This document shows positions 45,388-54,652 of a stretch of DNA of 64,000 bases, in pieces. The stretch covers positions 191,378-255,377 of the forward strand of contig CAZEEU010000001.1 in assembly GCA_964511305.1 (NCBI GenBank). Reading direction: 5' to 3'. The notes under the pieces are model-generated. The model was not told the DNA's origin, ran no database searches, and saw only the letters and a program-made list of their open reading frames with translations. The stretch comes from an uncultured Gammaproteobacteria bacterium (GTDB lineage: Bacteria > Patescibacteriota > Microgenomatia > Levybacterales > GWA1-39-11). How positions within the stretch are numbered: the first letter of the stretch is position 1; each line of letters begins with the position of its first letter. The translations under genes and the position numbers were made by a program.

Positions 45388-46095
45388 CTATTTTTTCTCA
45401 AAGACTATCCAGTGATGATAACAATTGTATTCTTTTCCATTGAAAGTAGTCTTCTTAGGAAATCTTTCCTCTATAGCTATAGATAAACCTTTATACAAAT
45501 TCAGTAACTCTTCTCTGTCGTAAGTCTTTTCGAATTTTCCTGTTGGATGAACGAAAGCATTCTTTTCATCAACTGGCGACTTTCTGATCATTTCTTTATG
45601 AAATTCATCCTCGGTCGAAAGTACGTAGACAAGAATGAGTCCTTTTGGCTTTACTACTCGTATCATTTCAGAAATTGCAAAGTCTCTTCCTTCTTTTGAC
45701 TCAATATCGGTAGACGCAAAGCAATCGATAGCAAAGTCAAAAGAATCAGATTTAAAATCCCATGTAATTGTTGCGTCCTGCACGACAAAGTGGGCTTTGT
45801 CCGCTTGCGCCGCTCCTGCGCGTTTATTTGCTTCCTGGATAGCAAATGGCGAAAAATCAAAACCGGTCATCTCTACTCCCTGCTTGGCAATCCAGATAAC
45901 ACTTCTCCCTTTTCCGCATCCCATCTCAAGCCCCTTATGCAGATCACTAGTTCGATTCTCTTTTTTTACCCACTCCCAAAATTTAGTAACACCTGATGAA
46001 GGGGTTGATACATCCATTTGAAGAAGTACTGTGGGAGTTGAATGTTCTTTGTCCCAAATTTCTTGCTGCGATTGATGTGTAACTTGAATTTTCAT
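45388..46095 (-). CDS. class I SAM-dependent methyltransferase
   Basis: Motif I LEMGCGKGRS and an acidic residue at the end of beta2 (DFS). Confidence 0.8.
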   Translation of the reverse strand: MKIQVTHQSQQEIWDKEHSTPTVLLQMDVSTPSSGVTKFWEWVKKENRTSDLHKGLEMGCGKGRSVIWIAKQGVEMTGFDFSPFAIQEANKRAGAAQADKAHFVVQDATITWDFKSDSFDFAIDCFASTDIESKEGRDFAISEMIRVVKPKGLILVYVLSTEDEFHKEMIRKSPVDEKNAFVHPTGKFEKTYDREELLNLYKGLSIAIEERFPKKTTFNGKEYNCYHHWIVFEKK

Positions 46096-47021
46096 CTTAG
46101 AAGAAGTACTCCAATCGTTACCAGAATTGCTGCTACCATTTTTCGTAGTAAGTTATCTCTCTCCTTCAGGATAATTACAGCAAGCAAGATTGTTATTATG
46201 ACTTGAGACTGACCAATTGGAGCAATTTGTGATGCAGGACCCTTCGCTAAGGCAAAGTAATACGCAATTGCTTGTGCAGAGGTGAATACCCCTAGTGTTA
46301 ACATTTTCTTAAGGAAGCTTTTGCTCTTAAGAACTTCCATTTTTAATATTGCTTTGGGAAAAATCATCAACAATATAATTCCAATAAGAATATTTATGAT
46401 GGCCAAGTATGAGAGGGGGTCTATGGATCTTAAATTTACCACGTCACATGCTATTGCTAGTCCATAAAAAAGCGCCATTCCAAATGTGTAATAGATTCCT
46501 TTATTGAATTTAATTCCACCCTTTAAATTTGTAACGATAAATATTGAGACCAATATAATAATTGTCCCAAGAAGCTTTTGCATACTAAAAGTTTCACCAA
46601 GAAAAAGAAGTGCTGCTGCAATTGTGACTAGGGATCTGACCGATGCAAGAATCGTAACTTCTGATGACTCAAGTAACTGTAGTGCCTTGAAAAAAAGCAC
46701 AGTTCCAAGTCCCCAAAGAATAGCGGCAATTGGAAAAAATATAATACTTAAACTTAAAACGGGAAAATGAAATCCAAAGAATAAAGCAATTATGAAATTT
46801 ATGATTCCTAAAAGAAAAGCAAAGATAATCGAATAGGAAATCGGATCACTTTTATCATCCTTCATTAGGGACTTCTGCAAAATATTGGCAAAAGAGACAA
46901 TAAAGGTACTTAGTAAAATAAGGACAAACCAACTCATGAAATAAGTATAAATCAAGAAAGAGATTCTTGCGCAAATAATCTTTCCCAATATTTTGCCGCT
47001 TCGTCGTAGTCGATACCACAT
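46092..47021 (-). CDS. EamA/DMT-family transporter
   Basis: Ten TM helices in two 5-TM repeats. The start may be the internal Met (MSWFVLILL). Confidence 0.7.
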   Translation of the reverse strand: MWYRLRRSGKILGKIICARISFLIYTYFMSWFVLILLSTFIVSFANILQKSLMKDDKSDPISYSIIFAFLLGIINFIIALFFGFHFPVLSLSIIFFPIAAILWGLGTVLFFKALQLLESSEVTILASVRSLVTIAAALLFLGETFSMQKLLGTIIILVSIFIVTNLKGGIKFNKGIYYTFGMALFYGLAIACDVVNLRSIDPLSYLAIINILIGIILLMIFPKAILKMEVLKSKSFLKKMLTLGVFTSAQAIAYYFALAKGPASQIAPIGQSQVIITILLAVIILKERDNLLRKMVAAILVTIGVLLLR

Positions 47022-47818
47022 TCTTCAGCAGTTGGGTCAACACTTGTTTTATATCCTAATTTTTTTGTCCACTCTCTATCATGTTCAATATTTGAGAAAG
47101 AAAAGCCATGTTCGTATAAAAATTTATAGTATGACTTAAAGTCATCGTAAGTAATTTTTCCCATGACTGCACTCTTATCAACTTTGCCTAAATGTTTTAT
47201 CTCGCCCAAGGCCCCTTTACTCCATAATGAATAAAAAGGCTTTCCCTCTTCAACATCAGCAAGCACACGTCTTGCGACAATTTCAACCCACTGTGTACCT
47301 GTCACCATCTTATCGAAATACCTAGTCTGATAAGCTTCTTTAACTTCGTCATCTACCTCATCATAGGGAGTATCATTCACCATTCGGATCTCTCCAATAT
47401 CAAAACCCGTAACTAAAGTGTTTGGGTTATTCAAAATTGCTGGGTTGACCAACATAATATTTCGACCACTAGTCTTTTCGGGAAGTCCCCAATTAAAAAA
47501 GGTGTATTTGTGTAGTCCTAGACTTCTATCTAGCCCATGAGTATGGCCCCTATGTCCATCTGGCAATTCGCTAATTGGCAATAAATCCACACCATCAAGA
47601 TCATGGGGAGTTCCGTGAATAAGTGGAATTTGGAAAAGGGTTCCTTTAATTAAATCCACCCTTCTTTGCTGTTCTGGAGATAAAGGCTGCTGCATCTCAG
47701 GATATTTCGAAAAATTCTCAGCAATTCTTGCTGGCGTGACGTGCGTCGAAAGCTCTGGGGGAATTTGTATACCTAAGTCAACTGCAGGGAAACCAATAGA
47801 AACCTCAGAATGATCCAT
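46952..47818 (-). CDS. hypothetical protein
   Basis: 288-aa ORF, soluble, no recognised motif. The 3' end overlaps the EamA gene by 70 nt in another frame. Confidence 0.45.
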   Translation of the reverse strand: MDHSEVSIGFPAVDLGIQIPPELSTHVTPARIAENFSKYPEMQQPLSPEQQRRVDLIKGTLFQIPLIHGTPHDLDGVDLLPISELPDGHRGHTHGLDRSLGLHKYTFFNWGLPEKTSGRNIMLVNPAILNNPNTLVTGFDIGEIRMVNDTPYDEVDDEVKEAYQTRYFDKMVTGTQWVEIVARRVLADVEEGKPFYSLWSKGALGEIKHLGKVDKSAVMGKITYDDFKSYYKFLYEHGFSFSNIEHDREWTKKLGYKTSVDPTAEECGIDYDEAAKYWERLFAQESLS

Positions 47819-47956
47819 TGAAAAATTATACTACTATTGAACTCTCTAGTGCTCCAACTACTGCTATTTGTGAGCTATGACACTGCCATTTAAAGTTTTA
47901 TATTAGATACCAAAGCTAAAAATGCAAGAAGGATTAGTAGAACACCTTGCTTAACT

Positions 47957-47984
47957 AATCTCTGATACTGGTTTTTGTATTAAA
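47957..47984. terminator. perfect 10-bp hairpin CTGGTTTTTG-tattaaag-CAAAAACCAG downstream of the minus-strand thioredoxin-like gene
   Basis: Read from the sequence. The U-tract lies partly inside the stem. Confidence 0.4.
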
Positions 47985-48034
47985 GCAAAAACCAGAAACG
48001 CAGATTACTTTTATGAGATAAAAGCAAGATTCGC

Positions 48035-48601
48035 TTACTTAATATTAGAAAGTAATTCATCCATTTGTCCCCCATTCCATTTCGTTATTTCTTTCCCTGC
48101 ACCATCTATTTGAACAAATGTATGCTGATATGTGACGGTATATTTTTTCGCTAAATCTTTTTCTTCTTGATCTGTGTCTGGATCACTGTAATTAACTCGA
48201 ATCAGCGTTACATCTTCAGGAATTTTATCTATATTCTGTGTAAAGCTTACGTCAGCAGGCCTGCACGTAGGACACCAAGATGCATAGAAGAATAATACTC
48301 GGCGACTGCTTGATGCGTTATCAAGAGCTGACTTACTGTAATGGACATATCGAGAATCAGCCATTTTATTTGCCGTAGTGCTCTTTTCTTCATCCATCAT
48401 TTTTTCACCTTCCTTAGCCATTTCATCTTTTTTCATCATTGCATCCTTTGGCTCCATGGATGTCTCTTCTTTCACAATCCTTGTGTCATCTTTTTTCATC
48501 ATAGATTGAGATTTTGAAGAATTTTGAGAGAAAGCGTATGCACCAAAGCCAATAATGGCGATGGCTACAATAATGGCAACTATTATTATTGGATTTTTCA
48601 T
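48035..48601 (-). CDS. membrane-anchored thioredoxin-fold thiol:disulfide oxidoreductase (TlpA/ResA-like)
   Basis: N-terminal TM, then FFYASWCPTCR (CxxC). Confidence 0.75.
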   Translation of the reverse strand: MKNPIIIVAIIVAIAIIGFGAYAFSQNSSKSQSMMKKDDTRIVKEETSMEPKDAMMKKDEMAKEGEKMMDEEKSTTANKMADSRYVHYSKSALDNASSSRRVLFFYASWCPTCRPADVSFTQNIDKIPEDVTLIRVNYSDPDTDQEEKDLAKKYTVTYQHTFVQIDGAGKEITKWNGGQMDELLSNIK

Positions 48602-48675
48602 TTATTTAATTCACCTCCAATCTTTATATGCAATCATCGTAGTAAATCGGGATAAAAATGTCAAGTCTCCTTTAC

Positions 48676-48722
48676 ATTATACAAAGCAGAATGCAAGATT
48701 TCTTACATTGTAGAATGCAAGA
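48676..48722. repeat. 24-bp tandem direct repeat GAATGCAAGATTTCTTACATT(G/T)TA x2
   Basis: Read directly. It lies upstream of the thioredoxin-like gene, and each unit is an imperfect palindrome (TGCAAGA..TCTTACA). Confidence 0.7.
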
Positions 48723-48726
48723 TTTC

Positions 48727-49080
48727 TTACATTTTAAAGTGGGAATAGATTCTGGAAAGAAGCTTTGAGAAAACCATCGCGCAAAGGGCAATAACAAGCC
48801 ACGGATCTATTTCATGCTTTAATGCTTGAAGAATAATTCCAATTATCAGAACTCCAACGCCAACAAGATATGAGATCCTTCCAGCAGTAAGTATATGTAT
48901 AGCATCTCTCTCATCTGAGGACTTTTCCCGAAGGAGATATGCTGCAAATGTTAAAAACGAAACTATAAGAGCAACAATCAACATCGACACTATTGTGTCA
49001 GGCATCGCCAGATGACCTGGATTTAAGAATAGAATTACTATTCCAAGTATTAGTGTTGCGCTGATTGTTTCGATAATCAT
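48727..49080 (-). CDS. small 4-TM membrane protein co-transcribed with the XRE regulator
   Basis: Hydropathy. It follows the XRE gene on the same strand. Confidence 0.45.
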   Translation of the reverse strand: MIIETISATLILGIVILFLNPGHLAMPDTIVSMLIVALIVSFLTFAAYLLREKSSDERDAIHILTAGRISYLVGVGVLIIGIILQALKHEIDPWLVIALCAMVFSKLLSRIYSHFKM

Positions 49081-49112
49081 ATATATTTCTATATTGTATA
49101 GGATGATTGCAA

Positions 49113-49313
49113 TTACATCACAAACAATTTCTCAACAGTCGTATTAAAATACTTTGCAATTTTTAGAGCAAGCAATACTGACGGAGTATAATTACCCTTT
49201 TCAATTGCAATAATTGTCTGTCGAGTTACTCCAACAGCCTTCCCAAGCTCCTCTTGGGTAACTTTGTTTTTAGTGCGATAATCCTGAACATAATTACTAA
49301 CATGTTGATTCAT
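49113..49313 (-). CDS. XRE-family HTH transcriptional regulator (YozG-like)
   Basis: [36 protein letters not shown] matches HTH_3. Confidence 0.8.
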   Translation of the reverse strand: MNQHVSNYVQDYRTKNKVTQEELGKAVGVTRQTIIAIEKGNYTPSVLLALKIAKYFNTTVEKLFVM

Positions 49314-49466
49314 GATATCGGTATTTTACATGATTTAACATTCTTAACATAATTCCCTTTATCTTCAATGAGGGTTTTTATTTCGAGGAAGAAAGAAGGC
49401 GCTTGTGTCGTTCAAATTTTAAAACAAAAATTCATTCTTATTCTTTACTCAAAAAGAAAGCATATC

Positions 49467-50090
49467 TCATTCGTTCATGAGCACTCTTTCTTCTCCGACA
49501 ACAAATACTTTTTTATCATCCACAATGATTTCTTCCCCATTTTTTAACATATACAATTTCTTGCCCTTATACCAGCTTTTTATATCATCCTGTTGCCCTT
49601 CTTCAAAATGAGGATATATATCAAAATCTACTAACCCTAACCCAGGTATAAAATGTGCGCCAAACTCTTGATCAGATGGATACCATTCTGAGACGTCCAG
49701 AGTTTTTGCCGTTACCATGCTACCGGCACTAGAACCAACATATAAAGTTCCGCTATCAAGAACTTGAGGTAATACAACATCCATCTTCCTTCTTCTCATC
49801 CAATACATTAAATAACCACAAAGGCCCCCTGCCACCCAAATAATGTCTTGATTTTGAAGTTTCTCTCTGGTTACTTCGGGTGAATAATCCTCTAATTGAA
49901 GTAGTGTTATTTGGGCATTTAGAGTTTGGACTAAATTCCAAGAGCCTCCATCCCTCCAAGATCCCCAAGCTTCTCCATTTGCAGCGGTGGGAATGTATGC
50001 AATTCTCTTATCTCGTAATCCGCCAACATGTGAATCCAATTTTTTAATTGTCTGGGGATTTTTTGCTTCTGAAGCAAGGAACAACTTCAT
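49467..50090 (-). CDS. S51 peptidase (dipeptidase E-like) / class I glutamine-amidotransferase-fold protein
   Basis: Nucleophile elbow VGSSAGSMV with downstream His/Glu candidates. Confidence 0.6.
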   Translation of the reverse strand: MKLFLASEAKNPQTIKKLDSHVGGLRDKRIAYIPTAANGEAWGSWRDGGSWNLVQTLNAQITLLQLEDYSPEVTREKLQNQDIIWVAGGLCGYLMYWMRRRKMDVVLPQVLDSGTLYVGSSAGSMVTAKTLDVSEWYPSDQEFGAHFIPGLGLVDFDIYPHFEEGQQDDIKSWYKGKKLYMLKNGEEIIVDDKKVFVVGEERVLMNE

Positions 50091-50421
50091 GAAGTAAGTA
50101 TATCAAATGTCAAGGCCTTTGCTGAAAATGTTGGACGATTTTAGGACTTTTGATTGGCAATCTGTATCTCAATACTTTGTTACTTTTTAAACGAGCTGGT
50201 CACTTGCAAAATCCAAACTCTCGTTTCTATCCCTAACTCTTCTGCCTGTGTCGGTTTTAGAAATAAGCTATTTTGTACACAGATTGCATCACCGCATTAA
50301 CTTTGTACAACATGGCAATATATTCATAAGCTCTTACTCCAGTGATACGCTGTAGCATAAATCTTACTTGCAGAACTGCAAAAAAATAGTAAGATGTTAT
50401 ATTAGAATTTATTCCATTTGA

Positions 50422-50886
50422 ATGGTAATGCAAGAACGTGAACCAGTAAAAGAAACTGTCGGAATGCGTTACTATCATGGTGATACACTCGAGAATTTTC
50501 TTCTAACAGCTTCTGTGGATACAGAATCTGTCACCGTTAACAAATCTAGGCATCCCACACAAAGGTTTGAAGAAGTATTTTCTGAAAAAGGTAGTATTGA
50601 ATTTCCAATTGTCAAAGCTATCGATAAGGCGATTAGGTTGGGCCATATCCCAATTGTATTACAAACAAATCTGTCTTCCTGTAGGAGCGATTTAACGAGA
50701 TTTCCAGATCACTGGTTTTCTCTTCCTGCTAGCATCTCATTTCCCGTTCAGGCAGTTTTGATTCCTAACACGGATTTTGACATTGATTGCGTTGACATTT
50801 CAATATTAGGATGGGATCAAAATAAAGATAGGGTGATGAGACAATTTGTACTGGCAAACCCAAAAGAGTTACTAGTAGTTGCATAA
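50422..50886 (+). CDS. hypothetical protein
   Basis: 154-aa ORF with no motif recognised. Confidence 0.4.
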   Translation: MVMQEREPVKETVGMRYYHGDTLENFLLTASVDTESVTVNKSRHPTQRFEEVFSEKGSIEFPIVKAIDKAIRLGHIPIVLQTNLSSCRSDLTRFPDHWFSLPASISFPVQAVLIPNTDFDIDCVDISILGWDQNKDRVMRQFVLANPKELLVVA

Positions 50887-50990
50887 TCTATTTTATATAA
50901 AGGGTGTACCGAAATATACTAGCTATTTTATTCCCATAGTTGAAGAGGATGGAGTTGCCGAAGTTATTAAAAAATTTCTTTTATAAAACC

Positions 50991-51292
50991 TTGCTGGCGA
51001 TCAGGGATTCCTGCCTAGACTTGAAGTCTTTGGCAAGGAGAGTGAACCCCAATACCGTCCTCGTAGCGCGACGTGTCCTCCAACTCCGAAGGAGTTGAGC
51101 GCTCATTAGACAAATCCTCGTCTAAGACAAAAGCATTTGTCTCTAGACGAATCTATTAGGAGTTTTGCTGGCGATCAGGGATTTGTTCAATTCTGAAGGA
51201 ATTGTGTGCAACAAAGCAATACCGTCCTCGTAGCGCGAAGTGTCCTCCAACTCCGAAGGAGTTGAGCTTACATTAGACGAATCGATTGAGGG
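50991..51292 (-). repeat. two tandem degenerate tRNA-Gln-derived copies (about 170 and 128 nt) with hairpin insertions in the D, anticodon and T loops
   Basis: Both copies share the tRNA-Gln D-stem (TCGTCTAATG), the GGAC-A-CGTC anticodon-stem region, GGTATTG, and the 3' AATCCCTGATCGCCAGCAA with the same CAGCAA trailer as the real gene. Inserted hairpins include CAACTCC-TTC-GGAGTTG. The acceptor strands cannot pair. Confidence 0.6.
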
Positions 51293-51297
51293 CTTTG

Positions 51298-51368
51298 CTG
51301 TCGTGCAGGGATTTGAACCCCAATACCATCCTCCAGAGGGACGTGTCCTACCATTAGACGACACGACA
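51298..51368 (-). tRNA. tRNA-Gln (anticodon CTG)
   Basis: Folded by hand. Acceptor TGTCGTG/CACGACA with the U1-A72 hallmark of bacterial tRNA-Gln, D-stem GTCT/GGAC, anticodon stem CGTCC/GGATG with loop CTCTGGA (CTG), T-arm TGGGG-TTCAAAT-CCCTG, discriminator G. Confidence 0.85.
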
Positions 51369-51462
51369 ACAAAACCTTCAATTATTTACTTGATTCACTT
51401 TTTGAAGCTCTTTATTTTACTAAATTGAGGTATAAATAACCACACCTGATATAATTTGAGAT

Positions 51463-52041
51463 ATGGCCGTTAAAAAACTTACTCAGGTTGGGGATAACGT
51501 ACTGCGCTTGGACAATTTAGAAATAAACGATTTTGCCTTTCCTGCAATAAAGAAGGTAATAAAAGATTTAAAAGATACTATGTACCATACAGGGCTTGTA
51601 GGCATTGCAGCCCCCCAGATTGGCCAAAATCTGCAAATTTTCCTGACACACCCTCGCAACACAAAATCACGAAAGCTATTTAAAGAAGACGCACTACGTA
51701 TATTTATCAATCCAAAAATTACAAGATCATCTAAAGAACGTTCAACTATATATGAAGGGTGTGGGAGTGTAGCTGATGGTGAGTTATTCGGACCAGTAGC
51801 AAGATCTGCCGAAATCACTATAGAAGCATGCAATGCAGAAGGAAAGATATTTTCTCTTAATTGCGATGGGCTGCTTGCAAGAGTTATTCAACATGAGATA
51901 GATCATTTAAATGGAATTGAATTTATTCAGAAAGTCTCAGACTACTCAAAAGTGATTTCTGGAAAAATCTATAGACAATCTATTAGAAATTCAAAAGAAC
52001 AATTGGAGGCTTTAAAGATTACAAAACTTATAGTCGAATAA
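51463..52041 (+). CDS. def: peptide deformylase
   Basis: Motif 1 GIAAPQIGQ, motif 2 EGCGSV, motif 3 HEIDHLNG. Confidence 0.9.
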   Translation: MAVKKLTQVGDNVLRLDNLEINDFAFPAIKKVIKDLKDTMYHTGLVGIAAPQIGQNLQIFLTHPRNTKSRKLFKEDALRIFINPKITRSSKERSTIYEGCGSVADGELFGPVARSAEITIEACNAEGKIFSLNCDGLLARVIQHEIDHLNGIEFIQKVSDYSKVISGKIYRQSIRNSKEQLEALKITKLIVE

Positions 52042-52042
52042 G

Positions 52043-52963
52043 CTACTTCCTCTCTCTATATCCAGGAAGGTTTTTTACAAAAGGTATTTGCTGAACAGAA
52101 TCTATCCGATATAAAGTGTCATAAACACCTTCTACATCTTTAATCTTTATGAATGGAGAACGCCTTTTACCATTACGGTTATCTTGCCTGACGTCACCGA
52201 TAGATCTATCAAAACAAAGACTAAAAAATGTTTGAATTCTTCTTAGAAGCGCCTCGTCTGGATGGCAAAGCCTACCGTCTTTATCAATTCCTTTTGAGTG
52301 CATGACTCCGAGTAAAAATGGTGCGAGCCGCCAGGGATTTTGAAGCATTGCATCCGTAGGATTAGGATCTATAAGAAAATCGAATTTCGGACTAGGCAAA
52401 AAGAATTCAACTCTATTTGATGTTGCTGTTGTTTCTGCATAAGAACCATAGGTATCTGCCAGATACTTCCTAACGTCTTCATTTTCACTATCACATCTAA
52501 CAGTTACGTTGTCCCTCTCAAAACGCGATCCTCTCTTCCCAGGATACTTCCCTTTTGCCATGCCCATAAAATATGCTCTCTCACCCGGTATCAACTCCTT
52601 TTCTTTTTTTTCAGCTGCAACAGCAGGAGACTCTACTATTATTTCAGGAGTTGGTAATTCCGCAGGTATCGTAGATGGAATAACAGTTAAAGGTTCCGCT
52701 GCTTTTAGTTCTTTTGGTTGACAGACTATGGGGTTTGCAGCTTCAGCTATGAGACTATTAACACGGTCAACGCTATATCCAAAAAAACCTGCTAAAAACT
52801 CAGGAGTATTTGAGGGGCTTCCATCTTTATTCCTCTGTCCTGAGAGCATAACAAGAAGCCTATCGTGGTTTGCCACCATTTGATCAGGAGTCGGGAATTT
52901 CGTTTCAACTGCATATACATCCGGCTGGGGTGTTTGCTGGAAACCAAACTCAGTATTTGCCAT
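52043..52963 (-). CDS. hypothetical protein (composition slightly GC-richer than neighbours)
   Basis: 306-aa soluble ORF with no motif recognised. It abuts def and lies 700 bp from the tRNA-Gln repeat block. Confidence 0.45.
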   Translation of the reverse strand: MANTEFGFQQTPQPDVYAVETKFPTPDQMVANHDRLLVMLSGQRNKDGSPSNTPEFLAGFFGYSVDRVNSLIAEAANPIVCQPKELKAAEPLTVIPSTIPAELPTPEIIVESPAVAAEKKEKELIPGERAYFMGMAKGKYPGKRGSRFERDNVTVRCDSENEDVRKYLADTYGSYAETTATSNRVEFFLPSPKFDFLIDPNPTDAMLQNPWRLAPFLLGVMHSKGIDKDGRLCHPDEALLRRIQTFFSLCFDRSIGDVRQDNRNGKRRSPFIKIKDVEGVYDTLYRIDSVQQIPFVKNLPGYRERK

Positions 52964-53010
52964 GAAGAGATGTTATTCCTCAAAAAAGCCCATGTCAACA
53001 ATGAAAATTG

Positions 53011-53304
53011 CTATGCAAGCTTTTTTACATTTCCCCTTTTTTTATGGTTAGTCAATTTGGAAACCTGGTCGATAGCAGTATCGACCATGGCGTTTCCAAC
53101 AGAGGATACAATTTTTCCCGGATTGGAAAGTACTTTAAAAATATCATTTATCCTAGACTTTATATAAAAAGTAAGAATAACTAATGCCAAGAAAAGTAAT
53201 GTCAACGAAGACATAGCAATTATAGCTACTAAATAGAAAGTGTCCTGCAGTGACATATTATTTATGTGTCGCCTTTTTACCCTGGCTTTGCACTTTTTTA
53301 GCAA
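53011..53304 (-). CDS. small membrane-anchored protein
   Basis: 97-aa ORF with one TM. Confidence 0.35.
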   Translation of the reverse strand: MLKKCKARVKRRHINNMSLQDTFYLVAIIAMSSLTLLFLALVILTFYIKSRINDIFKVLSNPGKIVSSVGNAMVDTAIDQVSKLTNHKKRGNVKKLA

Positions 53305-53566
53305 CTGACTTTACATTGCTATTTTTACTTGCCTTGCTTACTGCATCTTGAGCTACTTTCTTTACCTCTTCCATTCCTTTTTTTGTATCAACAGATTTCA
53401 TATAATTCTCTGCTTGCTCTTTTACAGCATGTACAACCTTCTCAAGAGTCTTTCTTGTTTTTGCATCATTTGCAGCAGCTCCTGCTGCCATTCCTATTCC
53501 TGCACCAACAACGGCACCTGCGGCGCCACTAACGATAGGGTTAATTTTATGTGTTTTGCTATTCAA
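53258..53566 (-). CDS. small lysine-rich protein with N-terminal Gly-zipper segment (YtxH-like)
   Basis: GAAGAVVGAGIGMAAGAAA followed by a K/E-rich helical region. Confidence 0.4.
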   Translation of the reverse strand: MNSKTHKINPIVSGAAGAVVGAGIGMAAGAAANDAKTRKTLEKVVHAVKEQAENYMKSVDTKKGMEEVKKVAQDAVSKASKNSNVKSVAKKVQSQGKKATHK

Positions 53567-53675
53567 TTATAATCACCTCTTTTCTCAACTTAATAAATAC
53601 ATTATGGATGCGTAGCATGTGGTCGTTGTATGTACTATGAAAGAGAAGAGTAATAAGGTCTGATATACTAACTCT

Positions 53676-54197
53676 ATGAAGAGGATTCTTCCCGTTGTAC
53701 TATTTGCATTGGCAATTATATTTCTACTCATATTCTCAAGGCAAAAACCAAGTACTGCTCAAAGGGAACCTGCTACCCAAAAAATCATTTCCGGTTCTTT
53801 TGACAAAACTAAATTTAAAACGGATGCAGACTGGAAAAAAATACTTACTCCCCAGCAATACAATATTTTGCGAGAAGAAGGAACCGAAACTCCATTTACA
53901 GGATCTCTTCTTCATGAAGAAAGAAAGGGTACATTTTATAGTGTCGGCTGTAAAGAACCAGTATTTAGATCTGAGGCTAAATATGACAGTAAGACGGGTT
54001 GGCCGAGCTTCTGGGAGCCAATATCAAAAGATGCAATCGTTCTTAAATCTGATACAACCCTTGGTGTTGAGAGAGTCGAAGTCTTGGATAAATGCGGCGG
54101 ACACTTAGGACATGTATTCGACGATGGACCAGAGCCAACAGGCAAAAGATATTGTATGAATTCAGCAGCTCTCTACTTTGTCCCAGATAAAAAATAA
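53676..54197 (+). CDS. msrB: peptide-methionine (R)-S-oxide reductase MsrB, membrane-anchored or secreted
   Basis: N-terminal TM or signal, then the SelR signatures CGWPSFW and RVEV..KCGGHLGHVFDDGP. Confidence 0.9.
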   Translation: MKRILPVVLFALAIIFLLIFSRQKPSTAQREPATQKIISGSFDKTKFKTDADWKKILTPQQYNILREEGTETPFTGSLLHEERKGTFYSVGCKEPVFRSEAKYDSKTGWPSFWEPISKDAIVLKSDTTLGVERVEVLDKCGGHLGHVFDDGPEPTGKRYCMNSAALYFVPDKK

Positions 54198-54199
54198 CC

Positions 54200-54652
54200 A
54201 TGCCCCACATTAACGAAAAAATAGACTTTACTGTAGAGGTTTTTTTGGTATTCAATAATAAAGTATTAATACGAAAACATGATAAGTACGATATCTTTAC
54301 AGGTGTAGGTGGCCATATAGAGCCCGATGAAGATCCAGTGCAGGCTGCGATAAGAGAAGTTAGGGAAGAAACAGGATTAGAAATTACTCTAATCGATTAT
54401 CAACAAATTTCACACGAGCCGGGGGATCTAATTCCGCCCTATGCTATTAATAGACATCGAATCAATGACAGGCATGAACATGTTGGTTTTTTCTATTGCG
54501 GTAAAGTAAAATCAGATAAAGTTGTTCAGATAGTAGAGGAAAGAAGTGATGACATCAGCTGGCTCACGAAAAATGAAATATTACAGTCCGACAAACTTTC
54601 TAACAATATCAGGACGTATGCATTAAAAGCTCTAGAGCTTTGCAGCGAATAA
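54200..54652 (+). CDS. NUDIX hydrolase
   Basis: Nudix box GGHIEPDEDPVQAAIREVREETGLE. Confidence 0.85.
   Translation: MPHINEKIDFTVEVFLVFNNKVLIRKHDKYDIFTGVGGHIEPDEDPVQAAIREVREETGLEITLIDYQQISHEPGDLIPPYAINRHRINDRHEHVGFFYCGKVKSDKVVQIVEERSDDISWLTKNEILQSDKLSNNIRTYALKALELCSE

Noticed and set aside
46952-47021. 70-nt out-of-frame overlap between the 288-aa hypothetical gene and the EamA transporter gene, as a sign of frameshift or pseudogene
   Set aside because: More simply, the EamA gene starts at its internal Met (MSWFVLILL...). That removes most of the overlap, and neither ORF shows an internal frame break.
50991-51292. Functional intron-containing or multi-intron tRNA-Gln genes
   Set aside because: The 5' and 3' acceptor strands of both copies cannot form a 7-bp stem (at best 4 bp). 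The anticodon loops expand to 10 nt and lose a readable anticodon. I treat them as pseudo or derived elements unless splicing is shown.
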